DNA of 64,000 bases, taken from positions 20,010 to 84,009 of IMG/VR virus record IMGVR_UViG_2698537050_000003; one strand, 5' to 3'. Shown piece by piece: positions 36,862 to 45,825 of this stretch. Source of the DNA: a virus (taxonomy: Duplodnaviria > Caudoviricetes). A program made the translations under genes and the position numbers. Below the pieces are notes generated by a model, which searched no databases, was not told where the DNA came from, and was given only the letters and a program-made list of their open reading frames with translations. Position 1 is the stretch's first letter; each line of letters opens with the position of its first letter.

Positions 36862-37215
36862 TCAAACCAGCCGCAACGCCAGCTGCCGGCCACCGCGGTT
36901 CTCGTGCCGTTCGACGAATTCCGCTATATTCCACGGCACGTCGCTGCCCTGCAAGTCGCAGCGCCGACGCAGTTCCTGAGCGACTTCGGCCGACACGTCA
37001 CGCGACCAGCCTTCCCACGGGTTGAAGCCAAAGACGCCGATCGGATTATAGTATTGTCCGTGCAGCAGGTCATGGATCACGGTTTCCAGATCGGTCTCAT
37101 CAATGCTGGTTTCGCGCCAGACGCGGCCGAGCCGGGCTAGATCGTCCACCACTAGGTAGACAGTTTGACCTTCGTCCGTCGGTACGATCGACGGTGTCCA
37201 GCCGGACTGACGCAT
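36862..37215 (-). CDS. Conserved rhizobial mobile-element hypothetical protein
   Basis: WTPSIVP..QTVYLVVDD...TDLETVIHDLLHGQY.NP...RQLALRLV; paralogue at 40.1-40.4 kb. Confidence 0.7.
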   Translation of the reverse strand: MRQSGWTPSIVPTDEGQTVYLVVDDLARLGRVWRETSIDETDLETVIHDLLHGQYYNPIGVFGFNPWEGWSRDVSAEVAQELRRRCDLQGSDVPWNIAEFVERHENRGGRQLALRLV

Positions 37216-37257
37216 CACACAACTCCACGCCGTCAGGTCTCAAAGCCGGACCGGGTG

Positions 37258-37281
37258 GATTCGTTCCGATCAGGCGAACAG
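37258..37281 (+). repeat. Direct repeat copy 1 (24 bp identical, ~75 bp imperfect)
   Basis: GATTCGTTCCGATCAGGCGAACAG also at 39420-39443. Confidence 0.85.
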
Positions 37282-37516
37282 ATCAGCGCCGGCCGGGTGA
37301 ACTTCGCACCCTGGGCCTCTCCGGGTGGGCCTCGCGGTAAGGAGCCTCGCCCAATGGAAAGCCGGCATTTAGGGGGCTGTTTGGACTGCGAGCAGGTGGC
37401 AAAGGTTGTGGATCGTGGGTACCCGCATAGGCCGAAAGTATGGACTACTTCGCTAAGAATGCTGATAGAGAGGTTGCATAGAACAAAAAGATTATCTTTT
37501 GGGTTGTGGGGGCGAA

Positions 37517-39265
37517 ATGAGTGAAGCGTGGCAGGAGGCGTACGAAGCACGCTTCGCAAATTCCGAATTTGGCGAGGACGCTATTGGTCTCTTCGCCCTT
37601 GGTCTTCAGTTCGGTTTGGATGACCTGGACACGCTCGGGGCGGACATCGTTACCGGGGGCTCAAACGATAAGAAATGCGACCTAATTTATCTCGACGTTG
37701 AGGAAGGCCGCTGCGTAATAGCGCAATGCTATATTTCATCGAAAGCCAGGCCGTCTGCTCCTGCGAATAAAGCGTCAGATTTGAACACCGCGATATCGTG
37801 GCTGATGAACTCTCAGATTGAAAAACTGCCAATCGCTCTGCGCGGCAGTGCGGCTGATCTTCGCGCAGCGATCAAAGACGGTAAATTGCGTGAAATCTAC
37901 GTGTGGTACGTTCACAACCTGCCCGAGAGCAAGAACGTTGCCGAAGAAATGACTGCCGTGGAGCATACAGCGAACGTCGCGATAAGGAGCATTTCTGCCA
38001 AGTCAGGCGTTCGAGTTTTAGCAAGAGAATTCGGAACAAAGCACTTCGCCAGACTCTATCGAGAAAGCGGTTCACCGATCCTTGTGAACAAGAATATCGA
38101 AACCAAGGTGCAAACCGGTTTTCGGGTAAGCGGCCAAGATTGGTCGGCATATCAGACCTTTCTTCCTGGCCGGTTTTTCTACGATCTGTACCAGAAGCAT
38201 GGCACCGATCTTTTTAGCGCCAATGTCCGCGATTATCTCGGCTCGCGAGCTAGCGATTCCAACATCAACAATGGGATCAAAGAAACCGCGGAAAGTGAGC
38301 CCGACCATTTTTGGGTTTTTAACAACGGCGTGACCGCATTGGTAAATGGGCTCACTTCCCGCACCCTGAAGGGTAGCATCAGGCTATCAATTCAAGGCAT
38401 TTCCATCGTCAATGGTGCACAGACCACGGGTGCTATCGGCTCGCTTGCCAAGAGTCCGAGCCGTGACATGATCGTGCCGGTGCGATTCATCTGGACGAAA
38501 AATGAAGGTTTGGTGGAAGACATCATCAAATACAATAACAGTCAGAACAAAATTTCCGCGTCTGACTTTCGAAGTACCGACCCTATTCAGAAGCGACTAA
38601 AAGCCGAGTTCATAAAGATTCCCGATACTGAATATGAGGGAGGAAGGCGCGGCGGGGCCAGCGATATAATCAAGCGCCGGCCAAATTTGCTTCCGTCATA
38701 CACCGTTGGTCAAGCCCTTGCGGCTTTCCACGGAGATCCTGTTCTTGCGTATAATCGCAAATCTGACATTTGGGTCAACGACAGAAACTATTCGAGTTAC
38801 TTCAAAGAAGAGACGACGGCAAAACACATCGTGTACGTCTATTCTCTCTACAAAGCGGTTGGCAGGAAGAAACTAGATCTCGTCACAAAAACCAAGGGTG
38901 GAGACGACCTTACAAAAATAGAGGTCGAACAACTGGAATTTCTAGAAAAGAAGGGGGCCATCCTTCTGACATGCGCTGCGGTAGCAGATTGTCTAGAAAT
39001 TGTCCTGGGTCGGGCCATACCAAACAAGTTTCGATTGTCCTTTAGCGAGAAAATGTCCCCAAAGAATGCAGAGGACTTATGGTTGGATTTGCTTCAACCC
39101 CTTTTTGCCCTGATAACCACTTTGGATGCGGCTTTTCAGTCCAATCGCGTGAACACAGAGTTGGCGAAACGAACCATCCCTTCGTTTCGAAACGTGGCGG
39201 CTGCCGTGAGTGAGCCAAATAAGGGCATTTTCAGCAGGTTCGCAGCTAAGACAAAATTCGACTAA
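37517..39265 (+). CDS. AIPR family protein
   Basis: LFSANVRDYLG, INNGIKETAESEPDHFWVFNNGVT, IVNGAQTT, NNSQNKI. Confidence 0.9.
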   Translation: MSEAWQEAYEARFANSEFGEDAIGLFALGLQFGLDDLDTLGADIVTGGSNDKKCDLIYLDVEEGRCVIAQCYISSKARPSAPANKASDLNTAISWLMNSQIEKLPIALRGSAADLRAAIKDGKLREIYVWYVHNLPESKNVAEEMTAVEHTANVAIRSISAKSGVRVLAREFGTKHFARLYRESGSPILVNKNIETKVQTGFRVSGQDWSAYQTFLPGRFFYDLYQKHGTDLFSANVRDYLGSRASDSNINNGIKETAESEPDHFWVFNNGVTALVNGLTSRTLKGSIRLSIQGISIVNGAQTTGAIGSLAKSPSRDMIVPVRFIWTKNEGLVEDIIKYNNSQNKISASDFRSTDPIQKRLKAEFIKIPDTEYEGGRRGGASDIIKRRPNLLPSYTVGQALAAFHGDPVLAYNRKSDIWVNDRNYSSYFKEETTAKHIVYVYSLYKAVGRKKLDLVTKTKGGDDLTKIEVEQLEFLEKKGAILLTCAAVADCLEIVLGRAIPNKFRLSFSEKMSPKNAEDLWLDLLQPLFALITTLDAAFQSNRVNTELAKRTIPSFRNVAAAVSEPNKGIFSRFAAKTKFD

Positions 39266-39419
39266 AGCGTTCAGGGCGGAGCGTGGTCAATCAACAGCCC
39301 CGCATAGATCGCTTGCGCCTGACGACACTGCGCTTTTCGGCGCGATCGAGGGCGTTCAGCGGACTTACGCATTACGAACTCCAACGCTAGAGACCAGGAC
39401 TCAAGCCGGAGCAAAGGGC

Positions 39420-39443
39420 GATTCGTTCCGATCAGGCGAACAG
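39420..39443 (+). repeat. Direct repeat copy 2
   Basis: Identical to 37258-37281; spans the stop codon of 39432-39692. Confidence 0.85.
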
Positions 39444-39692
39444 CTCCGCGCCGGCTTGCGTGAACTTCACGTAAGTGCCGGATCGATGGATCTCCAGCCA
39501 TCCGCGATCGATCGCCGTCTGCAACCCTGCGACATATTCGTCGGCGCTGCCGCCGGACTGTAAGAACGGCCAGTTGATCTTTTCGATATGGATGCGGCCG
39601 TCCTGGATGGCTTCGACCGAGTTGGCGATCTCGATCAGCTTGCGGGCGGCTTTTTCCGGGTCGGCATAGGGGCGCTCGATGGCGAACTTCAT
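39432..39692 (-). CDS. Small conserved hypothetical protein (SRAP-linked)
   Basis: [18 protein letters not shown]...[19 protein letters not shown]; ATGA overlap with the SRAP remnant. Confidence 0.7.
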   Translation of the reverse strand: MKFAIERPYADPEKAARKLIEIANSVEAIQDGRIHIEKINWPFLQSGGSADEYVAGLQTAIDRGWLEIHRSGTYVKFTQAGAELFA

Positions 39693-40000
39693 GCCGCAGC
39701 CTTGTCTTCCTTGTCGGCCCCCCGCGCCACGATCATCAACCGGTCATCCGGCAGCGGCCGTTGCAAAGCCTTCGCCTCGTCCCACGGCGCTCTTATCCAC
39801 ACGTCGCGCTCTTCGTCTGTGGTGAGGATCACGGCCTCCGTCCAGATGCCGGCAAACGCCGTCAGTGGCCGATCGTCATTCAAGGCAAACCATACCACAT
39901 CCTTTTTCTTAGTCTCCGGGTTCGGCTCTGGCGCGTATTCGGCGAAGCTATTGAAAGGCACCAAACACCGGTTCTCCGGTCGCAGCCAACCCCGCCATCG
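39689..40000 (-). pseudogene. SOS-response-associated peptidase (SRAP/YedK) remnant
   Basis: [18 protein letters not shown]...AFAGIWT then directly [18 protein letters not shown]; N-terminal catalytic Cys and the internal H..MP segment are absent. Confidence 0.75.
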
Positions 40001-40437
40001 GTTCTGGTCATCAGGCTCCATCCAGTCATTTCTTGTTTGCCGTCCGCCCCTTGATCGACAGCCCCAAACGGGCCGCTTTCTTTATGATGAAGGCCCGGCG
40101 CCAGCCTTAGCGTCAGCTGGCGATCCGGGCCGATGTGGCTTTCGATAAATCCCTCTAGCCGGTCTGGCAGCGCGCAGCCTTCGAGGGAAAAGCGGCGCAG
40201 AACCTCGGTGGCAACCGCGTGGGAAACGTCCTCGCAGCGTTGGGTCTCGGGGTTGAGCATCACCACCCGCAAGGGGTCGCTGTACTCGCCGACCATCATG
40301 TTCGTGACGATGGTTTCAAAGTCGGCGCGGTCGAGATCGGTTTCGAGAAACGACGGCCCGGTGCGAAAGCCACATATGACGATGTGGTAATCCTGATCGG
40401 GCACCCCCGGAACAATTGATGGCATCCACTCACGCAT
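39880..40437 (-). CDS. Paralogue of 36862-37215 whose stop appears lost (homology ends ~40100)
   Basis: WMPSIVP...[22 protein letters not shown]...DRQLTLRLA, then read-through into unrelated sequence. Confidence 0.55.
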   Translation of the reverse strand: MREWMPSIVPGVPDQDYHIVICGFRTGPSFLETDLDRADFETIVTNMMVGEYSDPLRVVMLNPETQRCEDVSHAVATEVLRRFSLEGCALPDRLEGFIESHIGPDRQLTLRLAPGLHHKESGPFGAVDQGADGKQEMTGWSLMTRTDGGVGCDRRTGVWCLSIASPNTRQSRTRRLRKRMWYGLP

Positions 40438-40525
40438 ACGCCACTCCCGCCGTACGGCCACAGGCTACACCGGGAGCGCCGGGTTGGGGACTCGCATTTT
40501 GTGCTGGGCAGTCTATCTGCAACCT

Positions 40526-41125
40526 ATGCAGAAAGGATTGGAATTTGCCCTGCCGGTGAAGGCCCCGAAGGTCCCGGCTGGCCCGGACTGGCTCCACGAG
40601 ATCAAGCACGATGGCTACCGGATGATGGTGATCCGCGAGCAGAAATCGGTGCGCCTGATCACCAAGGGCGGGCTCGATTGGTCGAAGCGGTTCCCGTTGA
40701 TAGTCGAGGCTGCGCTGAAGCTGCGGCACGAGCAGTTCGTGCTCGATGGCGAGGTTGTGCTGCTCGGTGTCGATGGCAGGTCTGACTTCGATGGGCTGCA
40801 TTCTCGCAAGTACGACGCCGAGGTCCAGTTCTACGCCTTCGATCTGCTGGCCGCTGGCGGCGACGATCACCGCAAACTGCCGCTGTTCCTGCGCAAGCAA
40901 AACCTCGCGGCGCTGCTGGCCCGCCGATCCGATGGAATCCATGCTGCTCCGTTTGAGCAAGGCGAGATCGGCCCCGATCTGTTTCGTCATGCCTGCCTGA
41001 TGGGGCTGGAGGGTCTGGTGTCGAAGCATCACGAGCGCGCCTATGGTGCAGGCCGTTGCACGCATTGGATCAAGGTCAAGAACCCGAAGCACCCAGCCTA
41101 TCGGCGCGTGCAGGATCAGTTCTGA
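40526..41125 (+). CDS. ATP-dependent DNA ligase, LigD-type adenylation domain only
   Basis: WLHEIKHDGYR, LDGEV, YAFDLL, GLEGLVSK, WIKVK; no OB domain. Confidence 0.88.
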   Translation: MQKGLEFALPVKAPKVPAGPDWLHEIKHDGYRMMVIREQKSVRLITKGGLDWSKRFPLIVEAALKLRHEQFVLDGEVVLLGVDGRSDFDGLHSRKYDAEVQFYAFDLLAAGGDDHRKLPLFLRKQNLAALLARRSDGIHAAPFEQGEIGPDLFRHACLMGLEGLVSKHHERAYGAGRCTHWIKVKNPKHPAYRRVQDQF

Positions 41126-41134
41126 CGCCACGGG

Positions 41135-41206
41135 AGTCCGCTATGCCCCAATAGCGACCAAATTCCGCAGCGCCGCGAAATGACGCGGATGTGCCAGAAG
41201 CAGACT
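41135..41206 (-). repeat. Site D: dyad pair, inverted relative to site C
   Basis: Reverse complement AGTCTGCTTCTGGCACATCCGCGTCATTTCGC...GTCGCTATTGGGGCATAGCGGACT. Confidence 0.6.
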
Positions 41207-41268
41207 AGCAAGATGTTGCAAGGCACAAGCAATAAATCGCGGGCTCCCAGGGGCGTAATTGAAGCGCC

Positions 41269-41745
41269 TTAGGCAAGCCAGCAAACCGCGTATAGCCCGA
41301 TGGAGGTGCCGATTATGAAGCAACCCCATGAAAGCACCGCGCCCATCAGAGAGGCGGTTAGGAGCATTAGCCCGTCAACCCCTCGGTTTAGTGCCTCCGA
41401 AGGAACTTTTGAAAGATCGGTATGCGGCACCACGTATTGATCAAGAAAGCTGGTGGCGACCAACAAGCCCGAGATGTAGGCCCCGATCGATAATGCAAAG
41501 ACAAGCAAACCCACGAAGAAAAATATCGCAGATGCCTTCAGTGGAGCATGAAGTTCTGCCCGGGATGCAAAATAATACAGGCCCGCTATCGAGCCTAGTA
41601 AGCCCGCGCCGTTACCGGTGCCGATCAATTTGAGCGCGTCGAACAACAACGAAAAGCGGGCCGCTGGCGTGAAGATTGGGGCTTCGCCGCCTGATGTGCC
41701 GGGGCCGGCCCCCTGCGCAGTCCACCATTTCTCAAAGTTCCGCAT
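41269..41745 (-). CDS. Multi-TM hypothetical protein
   Basis: Three hydrophobic helices; LKLIGTGNGAGLL pattern. Confidence 0.6.
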   Translation of the reverse strand: MRNFEKWWTAQGAGPGTSGGEAPIFTPAARFSLLFDALKLIGTGNGAGLLGSIAGLYYFASRAELHAPLKASAIFFFVGLLVFALSIGAYISGLLVATSFLDQYVVPHTDLSKVPSEALNRGVDGLMLLTASLMGAVLSWGCFIIGTSIGLYAVCWLA

Positions 41746-41977
41746 GGAACGGTCGCGCAGGGTCACAGCATCGTCCCTAAAAAAGTTTGAGCCTAGCAGC
41801 GAAGATCAACCTCCGTGAGTCTAGGCCACGCAGCGAATCGCGTGCAAGCCCATTCCCAATAAAGTTCAGCATGTATCTCGGAGTATCAGCCCGTACCAAC
41901 CGGACCCAGACAGGACCCGTGCAGGCCGTCTCCCGCATAACCTATTGAAATCAGGACACCTTGCTGGAGTGCTCAAG

Positions 41978-42135
41978 GCCGTGCAAAGGCGGCGCTTTCC
42001 AGTGGTTGCAAGCCCCACCCGCCAACCGCTCCAGCCGGAAGCAATCGGAGCAGTCATGGAGGTAACGAAGTGGCTGAAGCCTTCGATTAGCGTGTCACGA
42101 ATTGGTGACAGCGCGAGTGTGCAGGCCGCAACGCG
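41978..42135 (+). mobile_element. Possible 5' fragment of a group II intron
   Basis: GCCGTG..AAGGCGGCGCTTTCCAGTGG..GCAAG.CCCACCC...GGAGGTAACGAAGTGGCTGAAGCC resembles, from memory, rhizobial intron domain I; no RT ORF or domain V seen. Confidence 0.4.
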
Positions 42136-42312
42136 GATGGCGTCGAGATCGGTCGAGACCATCAGATGCTCGGTCGGCTGCGCGCCGCCGGCCCCGACCA
42201 GCGAGAGCCGCGCGACGAAATTGCTCGGGCAGTCCGCTGGCCCGTCATAGATCGTCCAGAGCTGCAGCCGCGCTTCCTCGGGGCCTGGTATGCCGCGCCC
42301 GTTTGATCTCGT

Positions 42313-42711
42313 TCATCGCCTGCACCTCCACGATAGATGCCGCCCGATATGGAAATAGCGGCGGCCCTTGCTGCCGCATACGCGATCCGCATGACGCTCG
42401 GCATGCAGTGGGCTGATCTGGCTTTGCTTGGACTGATCTGGCTTTGTTTGGGCATCTTCAGCCATGCGCGCTTGCTGCATAGCTGGGGCTGGAGCCTGCC
42501 AGCGCTGCTCGAAAGCCAGCTCTGGGGAGATCGGGATGGTGCGGATCATCACCGCAAATGGCTTTGGCGGATCGATAGCCGCAGGCGCTGGTGCGTTTTT
42601 TTGATCGAGCTGGGCTAAGACAGCGCCGACCATCCACGCAACCCACAGGGCTCCTGAAGCGATGGCCAGCTTGGTCGGGAATACGGGTTGCAGCAGCGGA
42701 TGCATTCTCAA
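42313..42711 (-). CDS. Membrane-anchored hypothetical protein
   Basis: N-terminal TM; C-terminal VC..KGRRYF...SWRCRR. Confidence 0.55.
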   Translation of the reverse strand: MRMHPLLQPVFPTKLAIASGALWVAWMVGAVLAQLDQKNAPAPAAIDPPKPFAVMIRTIPISPELAFEQRWQAPAPAMQQARMAEDAQTKPDQSKQSQISPLHAERHADRVCGSKGRRYFHIGRHLSWRCRR

Positions 42712-42748
42712 TGCCTACCGCGCCCCAGCTGCTTCAGATGATGGCAAC

Positions 42749-42791
42749 AAAAAACCCGCCCCAGATCAACCGGGGCGAGCAAATTTTTTTT
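42749..42791 (-). terminator. Probable bidirectional terminator after the integrase
   Basis: CGCCCC...GGGGCG stem flanked by an A run and a T run. Confidence 0.6.
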
Positions 42792-42817
42792 AAGATGATG
42801 TCACTTTCCGCATATTG

Positions 42818-44239
42818 TCAGGCGGCCCGCCGCAGCTCCTCCTGCGCTGCAGCAGGCTCGGCGACGATGCGCCTGATCTCATCGGCCAGCTTTTGCAGGG
42901 CCTCGCGCTTCTCGCCGATGCGCAGGTCCTGATCGTAATGCTTGCCGGTGATCGCTGCGACCGCGCCATGCTCGTCACTCTTCACGGTGTGATCGAGGCA
43001 GAGCGAGATGATCGAGCGCGGCACCTTGAGGCCGCCTAGCAGGCTCGCCGCTGATCTTCGCAAGTCATGCGGCGTGAACGGCTTCAGCCCGAGTTGCTCG
43101 CAAAGGCCGATGGTTCTTGTGATCCGCTTTCCGTTCCTGATCCGGCACGTGCCGCGCAGCGCGTTCGCCATCGCGCTGCGAGCGAGCGGCGCATCGCCGA
43201 AGCGGCCCGTGAACAGCCAAGGATAATTGCCCATCGCCTCTTTTGCGATCTCGACCGCCAGATCGGAAAGCGGCTGATGTATCTCGCGGGCCGCCTTGAC
43301 GCGCTCCTCGGGGATCACGACCAGCGGCAGCGCGCTGTTCAAGCCACCGCGCCCCAGTTCATCGCGGTGGATATGCAGCATCTCGACCGAGCGCAGCATG
43401 CTCACCAGCGCGAACTTGATGGCCAAGCGGATGCGGCGCTCGATGGTGATGTCGGGCCGGTCGAGCCCATGCCAGAGCACCCTGATCTCGTCGGGGCTCA
43501 GCTTGCGCGTGCGCGGCGGCTCCTTGTCGAGCGGCGGCAGATTCACGCAAGGGCTGGCGCTGACATAATCGCGGCCCGCTTCAGCCGCCCAGCTGAACAG
43601 CCCCGAGACCGCCTTGCGCATATGGCGGGCGCTGGAGATCGATCCCGCCTTGGTGGTCTTGCCCTTCTTGATGATCAGCGTGCCCGCGAGGATATCCGCC
43701 TGCAGCTGCGCGATGTCATGCTTGGTGACTTCGCTGGCGATCATCCTGCCGAGGCGCGGGCGGACGAAGCGCTCCAGATGGCTGGCCATGTTTTCCCAAT
43801 CCTTTCGGCGCGGCCCCATCTTCAGCGTGATGCCATCCTTGTCGCGGCCCTTCGGCACCAGCTCGCTGACCCACGCGATCCGCATGTCGATCAGCGCATC
43901 AACGGTGATGCCTTGCTTGGCCTGCAGCTGCTCCGCTCGCCGAGCGGTCGCCGCGATATCCTCGCCGCAGCCGATCCTGCCCTTCAGCTTCATTGCTTCA
44001 GCGCGCCAATATCGAACGTCGCGCGCCTCGATGCCATCGCCGCCCTGCTGATAGATGCCGAGCCAATGGGTGAGCCGCTCGCCGCTCTGGCTCGTGTACT
44101 TCAGCGAGAAGGTCGGCGGCGCTGTCGGGCTCAGACTGACATACAGGCCCGAGCATTCGGCGTCGTAAATTTTCCGCCGCTGCTTGACCGGCTTGCGGCA
44201 GTCCGCGTTGGTGATGTTCTGCTTTGCTCTCTTTGACAT
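42818..44239 (-). CDS. int: Tyrosine integrase with arm-type DNA-binding domain
   Basis: IYDAECSGLYV N-terminus, MLRSVE (R), FTPHDLRRS (HxxR), CLDH, HY. Confidence 0.92.
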   Translation of the reverse strand: MSKRAKQNITNADCRKPVKQRRKIYDAECSGLYVSLSPTAPPTFSLKYTSQSGERLTHWLGIYQQGGDGIEARDVRYWRAEAMKLKGRIGCGEDIAATARRAEQLQAKQGITVDALIDMRIAWVSELVPKGRDKDGITLKMGPRRKDWENMASHLERFVRPRLGRMIASEVTKHDIAQLQADILAGTLIIKKGKTTKAGSISSARHMRKAVSGLFSWAAEAGRDYVSASPCVNLPPLDKEPPRTRKLSPDEIRVLWHGLDRPDITIERRIRLAIKFALVSMLRSVEMLHIHRDELGRGGLNSALPLVVIPEERVKAAREIHQPLSDLAVEIAKEAMGNYPWLFTGRFGDAPLARSAMANALRGTCRIRNGKRITRTIGLCEQLGLKPFTPHDLRRSAASLLGGLKVPRSIISLCLDHTVKSDEHGAVAAITGKHYDQDLRIGEKREALQKLADEIRRIVAEPAAAQEELRRAA

Positions 44240-44251
44240 GGTGATGATTTC

Positions 44252-44968
44252 CTATCGGGCCAGCTGGTTGTCGGGATGATCAGGGTGCGGCTCCAGATGC
44301 ACATGATCGATGTCGAGGACGAGGTAGTGGCCATTGATGTGCAGACCCTCATACCAGCCGCGCGACTCCAGCTCTAAGCGCATGTCCTCCTCGCTGTGGC
44401 GCTGATACCAGCCGCCGCTCGCGTTGAAGTTCGCGATGAGCGTGCTCAGCATCATGATCGAAGGGCCTTCGTTGTCGCCGGTGTACAGCACGCGCATGTC
44501 GTTGGGCTGCGCCATGGTGAAGGCCAGCTCGCTGACCTTGCGCGCCTTCGGATGCACGAACAGATCGCCCTCCATCCTGATCAAGCCGCGCTTCAGCATC
44601 ACCTCGAACTTCTTGTCATCGAGCTGCCAGTGCAGGATCGCGCCCTCGGCCTTCTCCAGCTGGGCGAGGCACGCGCCGATCTCTGCGCGTTCCTCCTCGA
44701 TGGCTTCAAGGATCACCGCCCAATCATCGGTGCTGATCGGCTCGGTGATGGTGTCCTCGTTGTCGGAAGGCTCCAGCGTGAAGCGGCAGCCCTCGCTGAT
44801 CTCGCGCTGCTCGGGATCGGCGAAGTCGATCCAGATGCGCAGCCCCAGCTCGGCGCTGGTGAAGTTGGGGCAGCTGTCATTGTGCCAAGAATTATCCTCG
44901 AAGCCTTGCGGGATCGCAGGCATGTCGGCGGCGGGGAAGTCGGGAAATTCCTGCTGATGATTTGCCAT
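44252..44968 (-). CDS. Acidic phage hypothetical protein
   Basis: GAGGAG RBS; FEDNSWHNDSCPNF...LRIWIDF. Confidence 0.65.
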   Translation of the reverse strand: MANHQQEFPDFPAADMPAIPQGFEDNSWHNDSCPNFTSAELGLRIWIDFADPEQREISEGCRFTLEPSDNEDTITEPISTDDWAVILEAIEEERAEIGACLAQLEKAEGAILHWQLDDKKFEVMLKRGLIRMEGDLFVHPKARKVSELAFTMAQPNDMRVLYTGDNEGPSIMMLSTLIANFNASGGWYQRHSEEDMRLELESRGWYEGLHINGHYLVLDIDHVHLEPHPDHPDNQLAR

Positions 44969-44973
44969 CGGCC

Positions 44974-45402
44974 TCAGCTCCTCTCGACCAGCGCCAGCGA
45001 ATCGCCGCTGACCTCGATGATGATCTCCTGCGCGCCTGCAGCGATCTGGGCCTTGATTTCGGCGGCCCATGGCAGGCATTCGCCGAAGTCATCGCCGCCG
45101 ACGAGCGCGCGGGCGGTGTCATACCAGCCCTTGTCGCTCCTCGGATCGCAGCCCTGCGCATAGGCAACGTATCGCTTGAAGAACTTTCCTTTGGGCTTGC
45201 CCTCCAGAGCATCGGCGGGGTGGCCGTTGCTCATCAGGTAGACGCCGTCGTCATGCACCAGCAGAACGGCCGGGGCCTCAGGCGGCGCGCTGACCGGCCC
45301 CTCATCGGTATAGTTGATGAGGCGCTCGGCTTGCTTCGGCGCGGCGAGCGAGTGATCCACTACGCGAAGCAGATCGGCGGCTTTAAAAATGAGTCTTGTC
45401 AT
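44974..45402 (-). CDS. DUF3085-like protein
   Basis: VLLVHDDGVYLMSN...VAYAQGCDP...VGGDDFGECL. Confidence 0.75.
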   Translation of the reverse strand: MTRLIFKAADLLRVVDHSLAAPKQAERLINYTDEGPVSAPPEAPAVLLVHDDGVYLMSNGHPADALEGKPKGKFFKRYVAYAQGCDPRSDKGWYDTARALVGGDDFGECLPWAAEIKAQIAAGAQEIIIEVSGDSLALVERS

Positions 45403-45418
45403 GGGTGATGTTCCTTTT

Positions 45419-45763
45419 TCAGATGCTGAGCTGATTGCCGATGGAGCGCTGAATCAGTTCGCGCTCCAGCTCGGTGAGCTGCCGCTCTCGCTTCACCGGG
45501 GTGCATGCCCAGATCAGCGCGGCAACCCAGCCGAGGAAGGTCCAGCCGAGGAACAGGTTGGTGATGAAGATCGCCAGCAGCGCGTGGTGCTCGCGCCGCC
45601 AGCCGACATAGGTCGGCAGCAAGTAAAAGAAGCCGCCGATGGCCCAGAGGATCACCAGCCATGACATGCCGAAGAGCACGCCGTTCAGCAGGCCGATGGT
45701 TTCAACGATGGCCGCAAGCGCGAGGGTGCAGCCGATCAGGATGGGGAAAAATGCGCGTTTCAT
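45419..45763 (-). CDS. Superinfection immunity protein (T4 Imm-like)
   Basis: YLLPTYVG.RREH...IFITNLFLGWTFLGWVAALIWA. Confidence 0.85.
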   Translation of the reverse strand: MKRAFFPILIGCTLALAAIVETIGLLNGVLFGMSWLVILWAIGGFFYLLPTYVGWRREHHALLAIFITNLFLGWTFLGWVAALIWACTPVKRERQLTELERELIQRSIGNQLSI

Positions 45764-45825
45764 TTTGGTGATGTCCTTTTGATGAGTTTTGAAAGAGGGA
45801 AGAGTGGCCCTTGCGGGCCGCCCGG

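Noticed and set aside
43067-44236. 389-aa + strand ORF
   Set aside because: Antisense shadow of the integrase with no motifs.
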